From positions 1 to 40,932 of IMG/VR virus record IMGVR_UViG_3300029133_000019: DNA of 40,932 nt, one strand, 5' to 3'. The notes below the pieces were generated by a model. The model made no database searches. It was not told the DNA's origin and worked only from the letters and a program-made list of their open reading frames with translations. The stretch's first letter is position 1; each line of letters starts with the position of its first letter. Below are positions 39,489 to 40,932 of this stretch, piece by piece. The position numbers were made by a program, and so were the translations under genes. This DNA is from a virus.

Positions 39489-40041
39489 ACAGGAAGCGTA
39501 CCAGATTCTCACGCTTTTACAGGCAAATTATCCCGATTCTTTCCGGGGAATGTCCAAAGAGGCGGCAAACGTGAAAGTCAATCTTTGGGCGGATATGTTC
39601 TCCGAGGAGCCATTTGAGGCCGTTGCCGCCGCTGCAAAAGCGTACATAGCGACGGATACCGGCGGCTTTATGCCCACCATCGGGAAGCTGAAAGATATGC
39701 TCCACCGGATGCAGTCGCCCCAGCAGATGACCCAGATGGAAGCATGGGGGCTGGTTGCCGGTGCGCTGAGAAACAGCGTGTACGGCGCAGATGACGAGTT
39801 CCGGAAGCTGCCACCGGCGGTACAGCGGACGGTGGGAAGCCCCGCCCAGCTCAAGGAATGGGCGCTGATGGATGCAGAAACGGTGCAGTCCGTGGTTGCA
39901 TCGAATTTCCAGAGATCGTTCCAAGTGTGCCAGAAGCGGGAGGACGATTACCAGAAGCTCCCCGGAGCAGTAAAGAGCTTTATCGCCGAGCTGGCCGGGA
40001 AGATGGAATTTGAAAAGCTACCGGAAGGCGGTGGAGTATGA
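39481..40041 (+). CDS. G39P-like replicative helicase loader
   Basis: MDKQEAYQILTLLQANYPDSF...VNLWADMFSEEPFEAVAAAAKAY...PTIGKL resembles the loader/inhibitor of phage G40P family. Confidence 0.5.
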   Translation: MDKQEAYQILTLLQANYPDSFRGMSKEAANVKVNLWADMFSEEPFEAVAAAAKAYIATDTGGFMPTIGKLKDMLHRMQSPQQMTQMEAWGLVAGALRNSVYGADDEFRKLPPAVQRTVGSPAQLKEWALMDAETVQSVVASNFQRSFQVCQKREDDYQKLPGAVKSFIAELAGKMEFEKLPEGGGV

Positions 40042-40373
40042 AAAACGAAGTAGGCGGGGAAAAGGAACGCCCCGGCCAGTACATCGATTCGGGAAGCCCA
40101 TTTTGCAGGAACTGTACGCGGGACGATTGCCCCACCAACGGGGACGGCTGCAAGGCGTGGGAAGAATATTTCGTAGCGAATTGGAACGAAAACATCATGA
40201 AATCAATTGGAAGCCACAAAAAACAACGCCAGTTTTTCCGGTACGAACACCCGGATTTGGTGAGAGAGGGGATTGTTTTTGAGCATGAGCAAGGCGAAAA
40301 TGTACGGCTGTTTCAAGCCGGTGAAGCGGAATTGCACCCAGCCCAGGTGGGGGAAAGTTCCTCGGGGGAATAA
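40038..40373 (+). CDS. Hypothetical protein
   Basis: An ATGA overlap joins it to the upstream gene. Length is 111 aa. Confidence 0.45.
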   Translation: MKNEVGGEKERPGQYIDSGSPFCRNCTRDDCPTNGDGCKAWEEYFVANWNENIMKSIGSHKKQRQFFRYEHPDLVREGIVFEHEQGENVRLFQAGEAELHPAQVGESSSGE

Positions 40374-40397
40374 AGGAAAACAGAAAGGAAATGCAAA

Positions 40398-40932
40398 ATG
40401 AAAGGTTACAAAGGATTCAACCCCGGCTTGATCTGCAAGGATAAGCAGTACCAGGAAAATACCATCTTCGAGGAACCAGAGGCGAAAATCTGTGAAAAGG
40501 GAATGCACTTTTGCGAAAATCCTTTTGACGTGCTGGACTATTACGATTTGATTCGCTCTGATGGCACACCGAACGAGTTCACGGAAGTTGAAGCGCTGGA
40601 CGAGCCAAAGACGGATGATAAGAAAAAATTCTGCTCCCGAAAACTGAAAATCGGCGTAAAACTGGGACTATCCGGATTTATCAAGGCATGTGTGGATTTT
40701 GTACTGGAAAAGACTATTGCTGAGGCACCGAGTGAAAACGTTTATTCCAGGGACTCCGCCCGGATTGGCAGTTCCGGGGACTCCGCCCAGATTGGCAGTT
40801 CCGGGTACTACGCCCAGATTGGCAGTTCCGGGTACTCCGCCCGGATTGGCAGTTCCGGGTACTCCGCCCAGATTGGCAGTTCCGGGTACTCCGCCCAGAT
40901 TGGCAGTTCCGGGTACTCCGCCCGGATTGGCA
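40398..40932 (+). CDS. N-terminal part of a DUF7666-like tandem-repeat protein (runs off the right edge; continues at 1..407)
   Basis: ATG 40398 has no stop before the window end, so the ORF is absent from the track. Translation gives MKGYKGFNPGLICKDKQYQENTIFEEPEAKICEKGMHFCENPFDVLDYYDL... followed by DSARIGSSG-type repeats. Confidence 0.7.
   Translation, partial: MKGYKGFNPGLICKDKQYQENTIFEEPEAKICEKGMHFCENPFDVLDYYDLIRSDGTPNEFTEVEALDEPKTDDKKKFCSRKLKIGVKLGLSGFIKACVDFVLEKTIAEAPSENVYSRDSARIGSSGDSAQIGSSGYYAQIGSSGYSARIGSSGYSAQIGSSGYSAQIGSSGYSARIG
40752..40932 (+). repeat. 27-bp coding tandem repeat, right part (about 6.7 units)
   Basis: The unit is the same as at 1-176. The variants are gac/tac, cgg/cag and one tac-tac unit. 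Confidence 0.9.

Larger units (their letters stand above)
1..40932. mobile_element. Complete temperate tailed-phage (siphovirus-like) genome, apparently a circularly closed contig
   Basis: All phage modules are present: replication/recombination, packaging, head, tail, lysis, accessory operon, attP-like tRNA fragment, integrase and CI/Cro switch. The last 99 nt equal the first 99 nt, and no host genes flank the element. Confidence 0.85.

Noticed and set aside
1-40932. Prophage boundaries (attL/attR) and host flanking genes
   Set aside because: None are present. attP is internal and intact, and the ends overlap, so this is the excised or packaged (circular) form rather than an integrated prophage.

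Overview
The window is a complete temperate siphovirus-like phage genome of Firmicutes/Clostridia type, not an integrated prophage. The last 99 nt are identical to the first 99 nt, no host genes flank it, and an attP-like tRNA 3' fragment lies internally next to the integrase.

Layout on the + strand unless noted:
- 0-5.6 kb: small, often Cys-rich early or anti-restriction genes (C5-methyltransferase-like, Lar-like, ASCH, AP2/HNH-like).
- 5.9-6.8 kb: sigma-region-4-like late activator and a phage tRNA-Gln(CUG).
- 6.8-23.9 kb: terS, terL, portal, MuF/gp7, scaffold, major capsid, connectors, major tail, G/GT chaperone with a canonical T_TTT_TTC -1 slip site, tape measure, Dit, Gp37-like Tal and fibre proteins.
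- 23.9-25.6 kb: lysis genes (M15 endolysin, XhlA-like, holin).
- 25.7-28.7 kb: a terminator-insulated seven-gene accessory operon.
- 28.9 kb: attP.
- 29.0-32.8 kb, mostly - strand: integrase, membrane-tethered XRE protein, zinc-ribbon membrane protein and a CI-like repressor.
- 32.8-40.4 kb: Cro-like switch with four TTCAA-type palindromic operators, then recombination and replication genes (Rad52-like SSAP, NinB-like, HNH, SSB, RusA, DUF6291-like organizer, G39P-like loader).
- Contig junction: a DUF7666-like protein with 27-bp tandem repeats spans it.

The most interesting item is the attP-proximal accessory operon. It encodes a Cys/His/Asp protein, two P/Q-rich proteins, a Gly/Cys-rich membrane protein, a BclA-C/C1q-like jelly-roll protein and two helical proteins. 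I cannot assign it to any described system and propose it as a lysogenic-conversion envelope or spore-surface module.

Other notable items:
- a MuF::DUF6883-like fusion followed by a DUF4926-like ORF (toxin/immunity-like pair);
- a candidate -1 frameshift at the capsid gene 3' end;
- a consensus antisense promoter driving a small TM peptide that converges on the early operon;
- a displaced gp10-like gene plus an HExxH gene inserted in the head module.

All family names come from motif recognition by eye. No database search was run.
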